From IMG/VR virus record IMGVR_UViG_3300024255_000001: a stretch of 64,000 bases of DNA, one strand, 5' to 3'. This DNA is from a virus. Below the pieces are notes generated by a model that was not told where the DNA came from, ran no database searches, and was given only the letters and a program-made list of their open reading frames with translations. Of this stretch, positions 10,380 through 20,866 are shown in pieces (position 1 is the stretch's first letter; every line of letters begins with the position of its first letter). A program made the position numbers and the translations under genes.

Positions 10380-11793
10380 GTACGTTTTCGTTTATTGGTC
10401 CATCAGTATCTGGTGGTGTATCACCGTGAATATTATCTGGGCCTAATGAAGCTTCTGGTTGAAGTAGTCCATCATTAAGCTCATCATAAATTTTACCTAA
10501 TTTTATATTATCTGGAGTAGAATCAGATCCAGCTAACCCTACATTACCTAAACCACCAATACTAGGACCTCCATTACCATCGTTATTTTTACCTATTAGA
10601 TTTCCTACTAGGTTGCCGACTGCATTTAAACTACCTGTTTTTAAAGCGGTTGATATATCATTTATTGTACCACCTAACCCGTGAACATTACCTAAAAGTA
10701 GAGACCCTGTTAAATCGTCAGTTGCTTTATCTAAAAGGTTTTTAACAATACCAGGTTGATTTGGGTTAGCGAACGAATTAGCAATACTATTTGCTTGAGC
10801 AGTAGCTGCGTCTTTTGCGTTTTGTAAGACAGATTCAACTTTGCCAATTGTTCTACCTCTAATAGCATCTAAATATTTCTGACCAGTGGATTGACCAGCA
10901 CCATTATCTACTCTACCGACTTTTTGAGCCTCTTCTATTCTTTTATTAATAGGTTTATCTGAATCTTCTTTTTCGTTAAACAAGTTCGAACCTAATTTTT
11001 GATCTATTTGTCTACATGTACCCCAATTAATTTTAATACTCGGTCTTGCAGCTTCTGGGTTTTTAGTTAATTCACCAAAAAACGACGCTAAAGAATCTTT
11101 ATCAAATTCACAATGAGTAAATCTTAATCTAACAAAAGGAGTTACATCAGCTGACGTAAAGTCTTTATTAACATAATTTTCATGTAAATCAGTTATTGTG
11201 CCACCAGCAGAATTACTTGAATTACCAAAAATAGAATCTTCATTATCAGTACTACCTAAGTTTCTAGAATTAGTATCTTTTTGAAATACTCTAATCTCAG
11301 ATACAATTATATCCATCGAAAATTCTCTTAAGTTTCTAGGTACCACCTCTACATATCTTTCAAAATCAAAACAGGCTCTTTTATATAAGTCCATTAAACC
11401 AATTGCTGTAAACTCCATGTTCTCTTCTAGACATGTAATTTCTAGTTCTGGTTTTTCAGCACCTCTCCATGGCTCTGTCATATCACCATAAGTCATAGCA
11501 GCATCTAAGCCTTTTAAACCCTGCCAAAACCAAGGCATTTCTTGATTAACCTTTCTCAATACTCTATTAAAGTTCTTTAAATTAGCAGCAAGTTTATTTC
11601 CAATATCATCTCTAATTACATCTTGTAGATAACGCTCTGCCGTACCATCGAGTAGGGGCGAGTGCCCAACATCACGATGGTCGTCAAAATGGAATAATAT
11701 AAGAAAACTCAAAAACGTAGGATCTTCGTCAATCAAACGTATTCGAGAGCCCTTTTTAAACTCATTCCTTGTTCTAAAATCTAAATCTGCCAT
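10372..11793 (-). CDS. Putative tail tube initiator/baseplate protein
   Basis: Position between hub and spike; tube-like N-terminal half, low-complexity C-terminus. Confidence 0.5.
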   Translation of the reverse strand: MADLDFRTRNEFKKGSRIRLIDEDPTFLSFLILFHFDDHRDVGHSPLLDGTAERYLQDVIRDDIGNKLAANLKNFNRVLRKVNQEMPWFWQGLKGLDAAMTYGDMTEPWRGAEKPELEITCLEENMEFTAIGLMDLYKRACFDFERYVEVVPRNLREFSMDIIVSEIRVFQKDTNSRNLGSTDNEDSIFGNSSNSAGGTITDLHENYVNKDFTSADVTPFVRLRFTHCEFDKDSLASFFGELTKNPEAARPSIKINWGTCRQIDQKLGSNLFNEKEDSDKPINKRIEEAQKVGRVDNGAGQSTGQKYLDAIRGRTIGKVESVLQNAKDAATAQANSIANSFANPNQPGIVKNLLDKATDDLTGSLLLGNVHGLGGTINDISTALKTGSLNAVGNLVGNLIGKNNDGNGGPSIGGLGNVGLAGSDSTPDNIKLGKIYDELNDGLLQPEASLGPDNIHGDTPPDTDGPINENVHE

Positions 11794-11813
11794 AGATTAT
11801 CTATCTTACTTTT

Positions 11814-13322
11814 TTATGCTAGATTTCGAGAACGAGACGGCCACTCTCTCCTAAGTAGAGTGAAGTAGGTTATCATACCATCCTCTTTATCGTATTTATA
11901 GTCAATATTTTCTACCACGTAAAACCCAGATATAAATTTATCCATCATCTGGTCCATTTCATTTAGGTCTACTTTAGGTTTCCCAGCTTGCATAGGCCTT
12001 TCTGTTAAACCAGCCTCTTCTCTCTTTTGATCTGCCTTTTGTTCAGCTTCGATCTTAACTTTATCATAATGGTAAATGATTACAGGTACTTTAGAAAATT
12101 TATACAATGATGGATTAAAACCTTCAACTGTAACCTTTAATTTCATTTTCTCTAATTCCATTTGGTTTTGAGCTCTATGTAGTTTAGTAAATGCAGCGTT
12201 GGCATGTGTATTACCTAATCCATCATCACCAGCATTTTGTCTACCTACATATTTGTACTTAACCTGCTCTTTATACCTCTCGTCTTTTCTATTACCCTTT
12301 AGAGGTTCATCTAATTCAGATAATTCTTCAGTGGTTAAAGGTTCTATTGTAAACTCTTGGAATCTATCTCCAGGTTCAGAATTATTATCATAGATCTGTA
12401 CGTTTCTAGAGTTACCAGCCTTTAAACTTATTTTAGAAGAATTATTTACTATTTCAAAGTCTCTAATATAACAACTTAAACCTGTAAGCTCTACATGGTT
12501 AGTTAATAATAAAGGTACTTTTACGTTATCTGAATCTGTAGTATCTTCTGCAGTTCCTTTCTGTGCTTCTGAATTAGCAAACGAAGTTAATACAGACATT
12601 ACTTCATCTAGCTTAGGATTTTTAGAATTGAATATCTTATTAATATCCACATAGGTTAGATAGTAATATTGGTCAATATACCATTTAGCAAACGCGTCAT
12701 CTGAAATATATGAATCTTCTACAATAGACTTAATAAAATCTAAGAAAGTTTCATAAGCTTGAATTCTAGACTGCTTATCGTCTGTGCTTTCTACATTTGT
12801 AGCCAATCCTAACTCTAAATCTCTAGCAATCTTTTCTAAATGTGCTAATGAAGTATCTGAATCTAATACTTGACAGTCTTCTCCAAATAACCTAGGTATT
12901 TTAGCAATACCCTCTAATGTTATTTCGCTACCACCTTCTACATCCGGGGCATCCGGTGCTGAAATTACTTCTATTATATCAAAATCCATGTGAACTGACT
13001 TAAAAGTCTCTTGGTGTTTTGAATTTAATAGGATTGTAAAGAAGTCACCATCTCTGGGCATTGAATCAACTTTAAAAGCACCTAGATCTGTAAAAGATAC
13101 TGAACATTTAGGTACATTACCACTTAACTCAATTTCAAAAGACTCTATATTAACTCTTTTTACCTGTACACCATTACATAAAATAAAAGGTTCAAACGCA
13201 CCAATAGCTTTAGTTTGCTTATCTACATTATCACCCTTATCTTCTGCTAGGGCTTCCATCTTAATCTCGGTAGGCATAAGAGCCGGCTCAACTACCGCTA
13301 ATATATGATTATCTAATTCCAT
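11814..13322 (-). CDS. Putative baseplate hub protein (gp27-like)
   Basis: 502 aa; C-terminal ISGFYVVENIDYKY...FTLLRREW typical of hub proteins; synteny. Confidence 0.6.
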   Translation of the reverse strand: MELDNHILAVVEPALMPTEIKMEALAEDKGDNVDKQTKAIGAFEPFILCNGVQVKRVNIESFEIELSGNVPKCSVSFTDLGAFKVDSMPRDGDFFTILLNSKHQETFKSVHMDFDIIEVISAPDAPDVEGGSEITLEGIAKIPRLFGEDCQVLDSDTSLAHLEKIARDLELGLATNVESTDDKQSRIQAYETFLDFIKSIVEDSYISDDAFAKWYIDQYYYLTYVDINKIFNSKNPKLDEVMSVLTSFANSEAQKGTAEDTTDSDNVKVPLLLTNHVELTGLSCYIRDFEIVNNSSKISLKAGNSRNVQIYDNNSEPGDRFQEFTIEPLTTEELSELDEPLKGNRKDERYKEQVKYKYVGRQNAGDDGLGNTHANAAFTKLHRAQNQMELEKMKLKVTVEGFNPSLYKFSKVPVIIYHYDKVKIEAEQKADQKREEAGLTERPMQAGKPKVDLNEMDQMMDKFISGFYVVENIDYKYDKEDGMITYFTLLRREWPSRSRNLA

Positions 13323-13331
13323 CTTTTAATA

Positions 13332-14129
13332 TTAGTTACAAGGAGCACCATCATTAGAAACTCCATCTGCATTACCAGTACCCTGAGGGCCATCACCAGT
13401 ATTTTGATTACTAGAATTTTCTGTAGCTGTTAGACCTCGGCCACCGCCTGAACCAGACGTAAGTTTACCTTTACCAACTCCTTTATCTAATAATTTATCA
13501 AGTTGATTTTCAGTTAAACCTCTACCGCCGCCAAAACCAGATCCTCCGCCGGATTCTACATCAGTTGGTGTAAATGTAGCGGCCAAATCAGGAGCCACAT
13601 CTTCTAATATATTTTTCACTACAGGGTCATTAAGTTCTCCTCTTTGAGCCTGCGCACCAAACGTTACTAAACCTTTATCAAACTTATAGTTTTTCTTACC
13701 AATAGGTATTACGTTAGGTGGAAGTAAAACTTCTTTATTGTATTTCTTTTTTAATGCCTCTATTCTTCTATCATCTTTTTTAGAGAATCGCTTACCCTGT
13801 AAAAACTGATTTTTAATAGCATTATCTTCGCCTCCTTCTGGTCTATCTAATTTATGAAATGCAATTCCAGATGAAGGTATTTCTAATACATCTCCAGCCT
13901 GTAATGAGAACGGATCGGAAATGCCGTTATATTTTAAAATAATATCAGTCTTAGTCTGATCTCCATAATATTCTAATGCGATCAAATCAGGTCTAGTTGC
14001 TTCATCATCTTTAACAATATGCTCGCGCACACCAGTCTGTTCAGCTTTATTTGTAAATAACATTGTAGGCTGAGCCATTATTAATTTGACTGTATCTTTA
14101 GTCTTATTTAAAAGTGTTCTAAAATCCAT
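13332..14129 (-). CDS. Baseplate wedge gp53-like / LysM-like tail X protein
   Basis: RPDLIALEYYGD...IILKYNGISDPFSLQAGDVLEIP. Confidence 0.75.
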   Translation of the reverse strand: MDFRTLLNKTKDTVKLIMAQPTMLFTNKAEQTGVREHIVKDDEATRPDLIALEYYGDQTKTDIILKYNGISDPFSLQAGDVLEIPSSGIAFHKLDRPEGGEDNAIKNQFLQGKRFSKKDDRRIEALKKKYNKEVLLPPNVIPIGKKNYKFDKGLVTFGAQAQRGELNDPVVKNILEDVAPDLAATFTPTDVESGGGSGFGGGRGLTENQLDKLLDKGVGKGKLTSGSGGGRGLTATENSSNQNTGDGPQGTGNADGVSNDGAPCN

Positions 14130-14132
14130 CTA

Positions 14133-15944
14133 TTAACCTGCAGCGAAGTCTGAATTTCTAAGCGTTCTATCGCCAGTCATTCTTCTTCTATCTTTATTTC
14201 CAAATTGTGATACATCCATTACATCGTCTAGAGATTTACCTTCAACTTCTGGTTGTAAGTACATTCTACCTCTACCTGCATTAAACATAGACTCAATTTC
14301 TGATTTATCTCTAGGTCTACCAGGTTTTAGAGTTACTACCATCTTTAACTTAGATGGAAAACCTTCAAAACCTAAAGGACCTTCAAATTCAAATTTAGCA
14401 TTTTGTAATGCTAAGTTACCACAAACCAACATAGGGTTCATAGGATTACCTACCGTTAAGTGCCATTGACCTGTTGGATCGCCTGTTAAAAAGGCTTTTA
14501 CAATATCACCACCAGAGGGAGAACCTAAATGCTTCATTAACGCACCACCAACTAGGTTGTCCATAATCTTTGAATCACCAATTGCATTGACATCACCCTT
14601 TAATAAACCTTTTACACCTTTCCCTAAGTCTGCAAAACCAGATCCTAATGAAGATTTTACTTGTGTCATAACAGAACTCAAATAACCAGCATAATCACCA
14701 GACTTTAATTTGTTAAAGTCTCCAAATGGTTTCCCGGTAGAACCACTACCTGAATATCTAGTAGCACCACCCCAGAAAGGAGCATTGTTATATGTAATCG
14801 CTAGTAGATTCGACAGTACGTCCATAAATACTACCTTTGGCGATGTATTATCAAAACCTCTTAAGTCATAGTAGAAATTAAGAGTAAATTCTTTATCAAA
14901 AGTTAAACCTTTATCATCTCTTGCTAATACAGATTTAATTGCATTGTAAGGTCCATATACGTGGTTAGGATATGTGTCTGATAATGGATCGAAACCATGA
15001 CCCTTAGTACTAATCATATCTGATTGCGCAGCGGAATAACCGTTAACACCAGCCTCAACTCCTTTTGCGAAAGGAGATGCTTCAATCATTGCACCTAAAG
15101 TACCTCTTCTCTTTTCAGTACCTGCACTTTGAGCTGTTTGAACGCTAGACTCAACATTTGTCCAACCAAATCCAGTTCCGAATGATAAAACATCTTTCAT
15201 CTCATTGCCTAATTTAGGGGACATCCATGTAATTGCACGTGCTAAATCCGGTTCTGATTTATCAAACTCTTTTCCGGCCTCATCATAAGTTACAGCATTT
15301 CTAATATCATCTCCTACTGGAAATGCAAATCTTCTTAAAGTAACTAAAAACTCATTCGAGATTTGACCATAATGTTCAGCCTGAATAAAGTCTCTATAAC
15401 TATAAGAAAAACCTAAACCACCATTATTACCAGCATATTGCACAATACGCTTAGCTGTTGGGTTTAAAATATTATTTTTATCTGAGTGTAGTACTGTTTT
15501 ATTATAGTCTCCGTATTTTGGGTTTGAATATGAAGTACCATCTGCATAGTTTCTATAATTTAGTAATGTCCATGCATTAGATTTAGATCTTACAGATTTA
15601 ACACCTTCGATAGTTTTATCCGGGTCTTTAATCTCATAAGCCCTACTACCTAAAGCACTATTACCATATAATGAGTTTTGTTCACCAGAACTTGTACTAG
15701 TATTTGTAGTATTACCAGGTGAAGTTACTTCTTTTGACTCAACTGGAGTTGAACCTAATGCCGAATTTTCAGAATTAGCTTGTGCACCTGTATCAGTATT
15801 AGCCTCTGGCAATGGATTACCATTTGAACCTAATGGTGTATCACTAGTTACAACATCTCCAGTCTCAGTATTTTGATATTGAAATGCTGAAGACATTCCT
15901 CCACCTCCTGTTAAAAAGCTAGTATCTATTAATTCACCGCCCAT
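14133..15944 (-). CDS. Putative baseplate-tail tube cap (gp48/gp54-like)
   Basis: First gene of baseplate operon; WHLTVGNPMNPMLVCGNL...GFPSKLKMVVTLKPGRPRDK tube-like fold pattern. Confidence 0.5.
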   Translation of the reverse strand: MGGELIDTSFLTGGGGMSSAFQYQNTETGDVVTSDTPLGSNGNPLPEANTDTGAQANSENSALGSTPVESKEVTSPGNTTNTSTSSGEQNSLYGNSALGSRAYEIKDPDKTIEGVKSVRSKSNAWTLLNYRNYADGTSYSNPKYGDYNKTVLHSDKNNILNPTAKRIVQYAGNNGGLGFSYSYRDFIQAEHYGQISNEFLVTLRRFAFPVGDDIRNAVTYDEAGKEFDKSEPDLARAITWMSPKLGNEMKDVLSFGTGFGWTNVESSVQTAQSAGTEKRRGTLGAMIEASPFAKGVEAGVNGYSAAQSDMISTKGHGFDPLSDTYPNHVYGPYNAIKSVLARDDKGLTFDKEFTLNFYYDLRGFDNTSPKVVFMDVLSNLLAITYNNAPFWGGATRYSGSGSTGKPFGDFNKLKSGDYAGYLSSVMTQVKSSLGSGFADLGKGVKGLLKGDVNAIGDSKIMDNLVGGALMKHLGSPSGGDIVKAFLTGDPTGQWHLTVGNPMNPMLVCGNLALQNAKFEFEGPLGFEGFPSKLKMVVTLKPGRPRDKSEIESMFNAGRGRMYLQPEVEGKSLDDVMDVSQFGNKDRRRMTGDRTLRNSDFAAG

Positions 15945-15965
15945 ATAAATATGATTTCTTTTTTA

Positions 15966-15974
15966 TTATATATC
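15966..15974 (-). promoter_or_regulatory. Putative late promoter GATATATAA heading the baseplate operon
   Basis: Exact motif about 20 bp upstream of ATG 15944. Confidence 0.65.
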
Positions 15975-15998
15975 TGACTATGTATCAGGATATTATAT

Positions 15999-16595
15999 TT
16001 AGACCCACTCTCCTCGGTCTAATTCATCATGATTTGGCCTATAAAGTATAGTATCGACCCAATCTTTATCCTTAGGGTATCTATCTACTAAAAACTTTTG
16101 AAGTGCTTTAACGTATTCACCTTTACTTTGAAACTTAAATTGACCTGTATATTGAGTACGGCTTGTGAGCTCATAGAGTTCCTTTAGAGCCATTTCTACC
16201 TGAAAGTCTTGTATCTTATTGAATAGTTTATCTTGTTCGGCCTTGGTCTTCACACAAAATACTGAATCGACAGTAATAAGATATTGTTTCCATTTCTCAC
16301 CATCAAAGACCCTGTCTTCTAGGGCTTTAACAGTTTTATATTCCTGTCTTTTTAAGTTAATTCTAGTCTCTTTACCTTCAAAGTCTCTGATAAATCGACC
16401 ACCAAATAAGTATGCTTTTAAAAAGACTATATTATCATAGAACTTTTTAATACGAATTTGATACCTAGGGTTTACATCGTCAAATTTAACGTCGTAAATT
16501 AGGGCTCGAACCGGAATAAGTACATTTGGGTTTTGTGTAGTAGATATTAAAGCTTGTACGTATTCACCTTTAGTAAATATCTTATGCTTAATCAT
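15999..16595 (-). CDS. Hypothetical protein
   Basis: 198-aa ORF overlapping its neighbour. Confidence 0.7.
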   Translation of the reverse strand: MIKHKIFTKGEYVQALISTTQNPNVLIPVRALIYDVKFDDVNPRYQIRIKKFYDNIVFLKAYLFGGRFIRDFEGKETRINLKRQEYKTVKALEDRVFDGEKWKQYLITVDSVFCVKTKAEQDKLFNKIQDFQVEMALKELYELTSRTQYTGQFKFQSKGEYVKALQKFLVDRYPKDKDWVDTILYRPNHDELDRGEWV

Positions 16596-16995
16596 GGTCT
16601 ATAAATCTAACATTATCAAACTTACTGAGTACACCTCTTTTAGGGTAATCGCATCTGTTGATAATAATTAGATCCATATCATAAAGTTCACCTGTTAGGT
16701 CCGCTATAAAATGTTTAAAATTTAAAACAGCATTGCTGTCTAAGTTTTTAAACATATAGAGTAACTTTGCATCATTATTTTCACCTTCTAATTTATCGTT
16801 AATTAACTTTTGAATTAATTTACGAATATACAGTGAAACAATTACATCTGATGGTTCCTCGCTATACGGGTCACTTTTAACTAGTCTATTTACAATATCG
16901 AAATAGGATATAGTTAAATCATAATCACCAGACTTTGCTAATTTTTCAAACTCAGTCCTAGTTTTACACCAAACACCTTCTATTTTTAGTGTCAT
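16588..16995 (-). CDS. Hypothetical protein
   Basis: 135-aa ORF, ATGA overlap. Confidence 0.7.
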   Translation of the reverse strand: MTLKIEGVWCKTRTEFEKLAKSGDYDLTISYFDIVNRLVKSDPYSEEPSDVIVSLYIRKLIQKLINDKLEGENNDAKLLYMFKNLDSNAVLNFKHFIADLTGELYDMDLIIINRCDYPKRGVLSKFDNVRFIDHD

Positions 16996-17315
16996 TTCTT
17001 TAGTTTAGCCTCCAGTATTTTTAGTTCTTTTTTTAATTCTGAGGCTCTTAATTTTAATTCAGCTTCATTTGGGTTATACTGTTTACCCCATTCAGTTTTG
17101 ACTACTATTTTATCTCTATCTAAGTCACTACCGGTAGCAAGACCCAAATCTAAAACAATATCTTTTAGAAACTTAACCTGGTTTGCTCGACCGAGCGCAC
17201 TGTCAAATTCATATACAACGCGAGAGGTGAATTCCTCACCTCCGCCATTGACATTATCATCAATTAAAAACTTGACCACGCCATTATCAGCCGGCTCAAT
17301 TTGAATAGTAACCAT
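16992..17315 (-). CDS. Hypothetical protein with C-terminal coiled coil
   Basis: 107-aa ORF in operon. Confidence 0.7.
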   Translation of the reverse strand: MVTIQIEPADNGVVKFLIDDNVNGGGEEFTSRVVYEFDSALGRANQVKFLKDIVLDLGLATGSDLDRDKIVVKTEWGKQYNPNEAELKLRASELKKELKILEAKLKK

Positions 17316-17324
17316 TAACTAGTA

Positions 17325-17777
17325 TTATTTTTTACGAGAATTTAAAGACGCATTTGCCTCTTTATAGAGAGCTTTGATTTTCTTCTTATCCTCTCTATAG
17401 GTCTCTTTATCTTTTACAATAGATAACGCCCATGCTTCTTCAAGCATTTCCATTTCTTTTGCATTGTAACCTATATTCTTCCATGTATCTTTTAAACCAT
17501 CTACGTGCTCACCTTCTTCATTGGTATAACCCTCTAGCTTTCTTTCAAGCATTTCATGGTTTCTTTTTTCTTGAATATCAAGATGTCTTTGATGTAGCTT
17601 TCTACCGTTCTCTATGTTTGCTTGCTGAATTTTTAATCTTTCAGCTAAAGGTAGTTTGCTAATATATTTTAGCACACCTTGTTGTTTCATCATGAATCTT
17701 CTCTGCCTTCTAGTAAGTAATGTCTGGCCCTGATTCTGTTGTTGATTTACTTCTTGTGTTTGTTCTTTTTCTGCCAT
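17325..17777 (-). CDS. Hypothetical basic helical protein
   Basis: 150-aa ORF; LTRRQRR motif. Confidence 0.7.
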   Translation of the reverse strand: MAEKEQTQEVNQQQNQGQTLLTRRQRRFMMKQQGVLKYISKLPLAERLKIQQANIENGRKLHQRHLDIQEKRNHEMLERKLEGYTNEEGEHVDGLKDTWKNIGYNAKEMEMLEEAWALSIVKDKETYREDKKKIKALYKEANASLNSRKK

Positions 17778-18300
17778 CGTAATATGATTTAATAAATTCT
17801 TCAGCTTGTGGTTTTAGTTGTTTTTGTAAGTTATCTATCTGGCTCATTACAAGCGCTAAAATTTGCTCATTTAGATCTGACTTAGTAATATCCATCTGGT
17901 CTTTAAATAATTCATATACCTCATGCGAAGGTACATTTAATTGTAAAGGCATCTCGATTGAATTCTTAGCACTAAGCTTTCTTAGCATTTCTAACATAAC
18001 ATTTACCTCTGCGTTATTTTGAGCCACGGGTTGAGGTGTTGCCTTAACCGGTGTTTCATCAACTGGCTCTGGGCCTGTAGATGCACTAGTACTTTTAAAT
18101 GGAGTTGCTAAAACTTTAGCATTTGAAATATCCTTCGCTTCCATTAAGAGTTCTGGTATAATATTAGAGAAAACTTTAGTTCCATCTGTAAATAAAGTAA
18201 ATTCACCATCTACTTTATCAAATGTAACAATGTCTCCTGCACGTTCTGTTTTAGTCCAAACGTAAATTTGCTCTTTCTGTTCAGTTAATTGCTCTGCCAT
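17710..18300 (-). CDS. Hypothetical protein (start revised to MAEQLTE)
   Basis: ATG at 18300 lies downstream of a TAAAC-N16-GTATAA promoter at 18363-18389. Confidence 0.65.
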   Translation of the reverse strand: MAEQLTEQKEQIYVWTKTERAGDIVTFDKVDGEFTLFTDGTKVFSNIIPELLMEAKDISNAKVLATPFKSTSASTGPEPVDETPVKATPQPVAQNNAEVNVMLEMLRKLSAKNSIEMPLQLNVPSHEVYELFKDQMDITKSDLNEQILALVMSQIDNLQKQLKPQAEEFIKSYYDGRKRTNTRSKSTTESGPDITY

Positions 18301-18310
18301 ATTCTTATTT

Positions 18311-18538
18311 TTAAATAATTGACCAATCAAAGTCAAACTCGAGCTGACCAGTCTTTCTATAGTTATACTCACGATTTAAAAATTGTTTAATAAAGTCATC
18401 GGAGCCGACAGGTCCCATGATAGCATCTGTCTTTTCATACCTTGATTTCCAATGATTTGTAAACTGTTCAACTCCTTGTTCTTTTAATTGTTTTTTTAAT
18501 TCTACCAACTCTGGTAGAAATAGTTTGTTAAATCCCAT
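18311..18538 (-). CDS. Hypothetical protein
   Basis: 75-aa ORF in operon. Confidence 0.65.
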   Translation of the reverse strand: MGFNKLFLPELVELKKQLKEQGVEQFTNHWKSRYEKTDAIMGPVGSDDFIKQFLNREYNYRKTGQLEFDFDWSII

Positions 18539-18539
18539 A

Positions 18540-19130
18540 TTAATTTTCTGTGTTAAAAAAGAATGTTTGAAATAATCTACCTGTTTCCAGGTCTTTACCG
18601 AAATAATCTAATGATGCATGAAATAGATCGCCAGGATAAAGTACTAATCTATTATAGACATTACCTATAGTATCTACCAATTCCCACTTAGTGTAGTCTT
18701 GGCCATCCATATTAAGTTTGTCTAATAATTCAAAGTCTTTTTCTCCGTTTGCTAATCTAGGGCATGAAATAAGTCCGGTTTCTTTATGTCTATAAATACC
18801 AGTTCCTCCAGTAACAGGAGCATCTGGAGTCAAATAACATACTCCTGCCCAGTCGTTCCAGCCATCACAATGAATCCAAGTTCTATCCGCTGCAGTTGTA
18901 TATTGAAATGCACCACAATATTCTTCTTTGCCTTCTTGTGGCCAGATAGGTTCGCCGTGCACTCCTTTTAAATGATGTGTAATCCAATTTTTAATTGATG
19001 GTGATAGGAACGCTTGAGTCCTATGACCTGGATAGTTACCGTCTACATTAAAGTCTTGTTGTAAAGCAAAGCCTCTAACATCATCCGGATTATCGTAAAA
19101 GTTGTCTATAATAATTGCGCTATATGCCAT
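18540..19130 (-). CDS. 2OG-Fe(II) oxygenase-like protein (DUF6445-like)
   Basis: IIDNFYDNPD, WIHCD (HxD), YNRLVLY...LFHAS, GRLFQTFFF. Confidence 0.75.
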   Translation of the reverse strand: MAYSAIIIDNFYDNPDDVRGFALQQDFNVDGNYPGHRTQAFLSPSIKNWITHHLKGVHGEPIWPQEGKEEYCGAFQYTTAADRTWIHCDGWNDWAGVCYLTPDAPVTGGTGIYRHKETGLISCPRLANGEKDFELLDKLNMDGQDYTKWELVDTIGNVYNRLVLYPGDLFHASLDYFGKDLETGRLFQTFFFNTEN

Positions 19131-20866
19131 TAGTAAATTGTTTTAATTCTTTCTTCAAATGATGGCGGGAATGACCCCTTTTTATTTATCAGGCTTCTAA
19201 AGCAAGCATCCAGGATATAGGTAACTGCCCAATCATCTTTAGATCTGATACTACGACCAGCTCCCTGTTGAATAGCAATACCTGTTTTCCAATCATACCA
19301 TCCTGGAAATGTTTTCATCTTGGCTTTCACAAGTGGATCGCCTAACGATGGATATGGTACTTTAAAGAAGATCTGAAATCTAGATTTATCGTCTTTAAGA
19401 TCTAACCCTTCTAATAGAGATGGACCTAAAAGTATTTTGCCTTCAGTTTTGTTAAACAGATCGATCGCGCCGCCCCTCTCCTTTGCCATGTCATAGGTAA
19501 TAAAACTGAACTTATGTTTAGAATGTTGATTGATGAAGTTCATGAAATCATAGGAACCTGCGTGAATAATTCCACTTTGACCTTTATGTTTCTCTAGGAT
19601 TTTGTCTAAGGTCTTTACTACATGGGGGAGATTTTGTTCGCGTTCTCTAAAAGACAGTTTGTGCCTGTTGACGAAAACGATGGGGGATTTTTTGTAATCA
19701 AAATTATTGTTCATTCTAATAACCCTAGCATTACCCATTGAAGTATGTTTCGCAAATGATTTAATATCACCTAATGTCGCTGACATGAATACTTTGAATC
19801 CTGATTTCTTTTGTAAGAATTTATCAATCATCATTGCTTCCTCTAAACATAAGAACTTTACTTCAGTTTCTTTACGATCAATAACGATAGCGTCATTTCC
19901 GAGTTCTTTAATAATGTCATGATAGTCATCAAACTTACACCATATATCTTTAAGTCTATCCATTCGCCCAAAAAAAGTCTGCCATTCTTTAGGAACATCT
20001 CCAGTTCGATACTGTAGTTTGCTGACCTTAAGAGCTGCAGTTCTGGCCTTGCGGTAAACCTTGGCAATACCTCTGAACTCGCTGATGTGCCTCATAAGCT
20101 CCTGGTGATCGTCTTCCCGCATTAAGCGGTCGACTATATCTTCTATTCTGTTATCAGATACCCAGGCAGTTTGCAATCCATGCTTCTGTATAAACCTGTT
20201 TACTTCTTTAAATAACTTTGGTGTACCCACATCTATTCTAGGACTAAAGTGTGATTGTACTATACTGTCTACTTTATGTGCTTCATCAAAGAATACAAAG
20301 TCTCTCTTAGGAAATGGTACCTCTCTGTCTTGTTCTTGCATCTTATCCTCTACATAATTCCTTTGTATTAGATAATATGAATAGTTGAAGAGAGCTACAG
20401 GTAGCTCCTTCGCGCGCCGCCTAGCCTGAAGATACCCACAGGTTCCCCAGCATTTTAGTTTCTCGGCAGCTTCATACCCAATCCCTTTCATCTTACAATC
20501 TGCAAGAGAGAATGGCAGATCGTTTACATTACAATTATAGTTGTCTACCCCTCTTATACTGGGCCAATCCAACTTTAGTCTTTTAAAGTCTTCTTCATAC
20601 TGATCTTGTAGCATTAGATCAGAGGTTACTAAATAACCTCTTTTACCGAGTTCTTTTAGGACGTGCGCGGACCACATAGCAATTAGTGATTTACCGCTTC
20701 CAGTTGGGGCATCTAAGATAATAGTTCCCTCTGGATCTTGAAGATAGTGATTGCAGATAGCTTCGACGACTTCTCTTTGCCCTGCTCTAAATTCAAAGCC
20801 TTGGCCAAATTTATTTGCCTTTAAGGCATCATCAATAATACTTTCTACTCGTCCGCGTTCCAACAT
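19130..20866 (-). CDS. DinG/XPD-family SF2 DNA helicase
   Basis: APTGSGKS, DEAH, MSATL, LEGLDL, QGAGRSIRSKDDWA; Cys cluster for Fe-S. Confidence 0.9.
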   Translation of the reverse strand: MLERGRVESIIDDALKANKFGQGFEFRAGQREVVEAICNHYLQDPEGTIILDAPTGSGKSLIAMWSAHVLKELGKRGYLVTSDLMLQDQYEEDFKRLKLDWPSIRGVDNYNCNVNDLPFSLADCKMKGIGYEAAEKLKCWGTCGYLQARRRAKELPVALFNYSYYLIQRNYVEDKMQEQDREVPFPKRDFVFFDEAHKVDSIVQSHFSPRIDVGTPKLFKEVNRFIQKHGLQTAWVSDNRIEDIVDRLMREDDHQELMRHISEFRGIAKVYRKARTAALKVSKLQYRTGDVPKEWQTFFGRMDRLKDIWCKFDDYHDIIKELGNDAIVIDRKETEVKFLCLEEAMMIDKFLQKKSGFKVFMSATLGDIKSFAKHTSMGNARVIRMNNNFDYKKSPIVFVNRHKLSFREREQNLPHVVKTLDKILEKHKGQSGIIHAGSYDFMNFINQHSKHKFSFITYDMAKERGGAIDLFNKTEGKILLGPSLLEGLDLKDDKSRFQIFFKVPYPSLGDPLVKAKMKTFPGWYDWKTGIAIQQGAGRSIRSKDDWAVTYILDACFRSLINKKGSFPPSFEERIKTIY